DNA of 19,059 nt from an uncultured archaeon (GTDB taxonomy: Archaea; Asgardarchaeota; Lokiarchaeia; Sigyniarchaeales; SOKP01). The notes under the pieces were generated by a model. The model was not told where the DNA came from. It saw nothing but the letters and a program-made list of their open reading frames with translations, and made no database searches. The stretch is from contig CAZBPC010000067.1 in the NCBI GenBank assembly GCA_964493715.1, positions 1 to 19,059 on the forward strand. The letters run 5' to 3'. How positions within the stretch are numbered: the first letter of the stretch is position 1; each line of letters starts with the position of its first letter. The position numbers and the translations under genes were made by a program. Below are positions 17,673 to 19,059 of this stretch, piece by piece.

Positions 17673-18962
17673 ATGAATAATCAATACATAATAAACAACA
17701 AGATTACAAACAAGTTTGTCGAAAAGTACACTAAAACATTGTACCGCATAGTAGGAGTAAATAAACACTCTGCTATTAAACCTTGTCATTGGTTAGAACA
17801 AAGATTAATGACAGGTAGAGACAATCGTAATTGTTATAAAGGTGTTTTTGGAATTCAAAGCCATAGATGCCTTCAGAATACCCCTTCAATGCCATTTTGT
17901 AATCACCAATGTGTTTTTTGTTGGAGAGATATAGAATTAGGAACACTTGGAAGCGAATTCATTGTAGATCCTGATGAACCAAAAGAACTTATTGAAGAGA
18001 TGATTCGACAGCATCAGGACATCATTAAAAATCACTTACCATTAAGAAGGTATCTGGATAATTATGAAATAATGATCGATATCATGCATTTCATGTTATT
18101 TAACCCCGGCAAACACACGGTTACATCACTATCACAAGAACTTCATATTAGTTCAAATAAAATCGAAAGAGCTGTTAATTTATTAAAAAATCAGAAATTC
18201 ATTCATTCTCAGCCTTCTCTATTAAATCATTACGTATTAGATGCAGATATTTCTTGCTGCATTGATTCTAGAGAAGAGGTTGAAAAGTTAATTAATCTTG
18301 CACTTACAGATCCTGATAATATCATGACCGCTCATAGTGAAGCAATGAATCCTAATCATGCTGCTATTTCACTTGATGGCGAACCTTTATTATATCCAGA
18401 AATTAATGACTTGGTTGGTGAATTCAGAAAAAGAAAAATGACTACTTTTATTGTGACTAATAGTACGATGCCTAAAGTTATTGAGAAAATGGATACTTTA
18501 CCTTCACAATATTATTTCACTCTTGCTGCTCCTGATAAAAAAACGTATCAGAAAACATGTCGACCAATGATCAAAGATGGATGGAATCGTGTTTTAGACA
18601 CAATGAATCTTATCGAATCTTTAGATTGCCGAACATTGATAAGGCTTACTGCTGTTAAGGAATTGAATATAAATGAAACTCTAATTAGAGAGTATGCAAA
18701 AATAGTTGAAAAAGCAAACCCTAACTTTTTTGAGATTAAAGGTTTCACCTTGCAAGCTAAAGCATTATTAATTAAAGAACGCTTAAAAAGCGAGAACCCA
18801 CCTCAAGATTATTTTCCAGATTTTAATTATTTATACGAAATAGCCCTAAAATTCGAAGAATATAGCAATTTTCCCATAATTTATGCTAGCGAAACTAGCA
18901 GAGATATCTTATTTGCTGTAAATTGGGATAAAGATGAGAGTCCGATAATAAAAGAACCATAA
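17673..18962 (+). CDS. taw1: 4-demethylwyosine synthase Taw1/TYW1 (radical SAM) with an internal insertion
   Basis: HSAIKPCHW, CYK, FGIQSHRCLQNTP, radical SAM CNHQCVFCWR, HAAISLDGEPLLYP, TTFIVTN, FFEIK. Confidence 0.92.
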   Translation: MNNQYIINNKITNKFVEKYTKTLYRIVGVNKHSAIKPCHWLEQRLMTGRDNRNCYKGVFGIQSHRCLQNTPSMPFCNHQCVFCWRDIELGTLGSEFIVDPDEPKELIEEMIRQHQDIIKNHLPLRRYLDNYEIMIDIMHFMLFNPGKHTVTSLSQELHISSNKIERAVNLLKNQKFIHSQPSLLNHYVLDADISCCIDSREEVEKLINLALTDPDNIMTAHSEAMNPNHAAISLDGEPLLYPEINDLVGEFRKRKMTTFIVTNSTMPKVIEKMDTLPSQYYFTLAAPDKKTYQKTCRPMIKDGWNRVLDTMNLIESLDCRTLIRLTAVKELNINETLIREYAKIVEKANPNFFEIKGFTLQAKALLIKERLKSENPPQDYFPDFNYLYEIALKFEEYSNFPIIYASETSRDILFAVNWDKDESPIIKEP

Positions 18963-19059
18963 AACAGATATGTATTTAAGATTTTCAAGTATTTTTTGAA
19001 TAATTAAAAATAAAAAGTATTTCGAATTTTCTTTTTTAATCATGCATATTGTCTGTTTA

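Noticed and set aside
18033-18335. Intein in Taw1
   Set aside because: No C/S start paired with an HN-C/S/T end, and no Hint-like beta pattern. The insert looks helical.
1508-18748. Other small nested ORFs (1508, 3357, 3881, 14543, 15986, 16782, 17256, 18548)
   Set aside because: Fully inside well-supported genes and with no recognisable features.
1-19059. CRISPR array, tRNA/rRNA, transposase, integrase or defence system
   Set aside because: No periodic repeats, GC-rich structured segments or relevant protein motifs were seen.

Overview
AT-rich, gene-dense archaeal chromosomal segment. It is most likely from an Asgard archaeon (Lokiarchaeia-like), inferred from archaeal TFB and Taw1/TYW1 sitting beside an Arf/Rag-like small GTPase and a large alpha-solenoid protein. 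There are 15 supportable CDSs, one of them (1-906, minus strand, truncated by the window edge) missing from the ORF track. I saw no RNA genes, CRISPR array or mobile element. The most interesting region is 4547-12205: an HhH-like/Arf-Rag GTPase/coiled-coil protein, a divergent TFB, a 1235-aa protein with a Ras-fold pseudo-GTPase, a TPR/SNAP-like solenoid and three ~130-aa C-terminal repeats, and a tandem pair of unknown paralogues. Several enzyme folds show substituted catalytic motifs (HAD, CoA-transferase, nucleoside phosphorylase), and Taw1 carries an inserted winged-HTH-like domain. All calls come from reading motifs by eye; no database searches were run.
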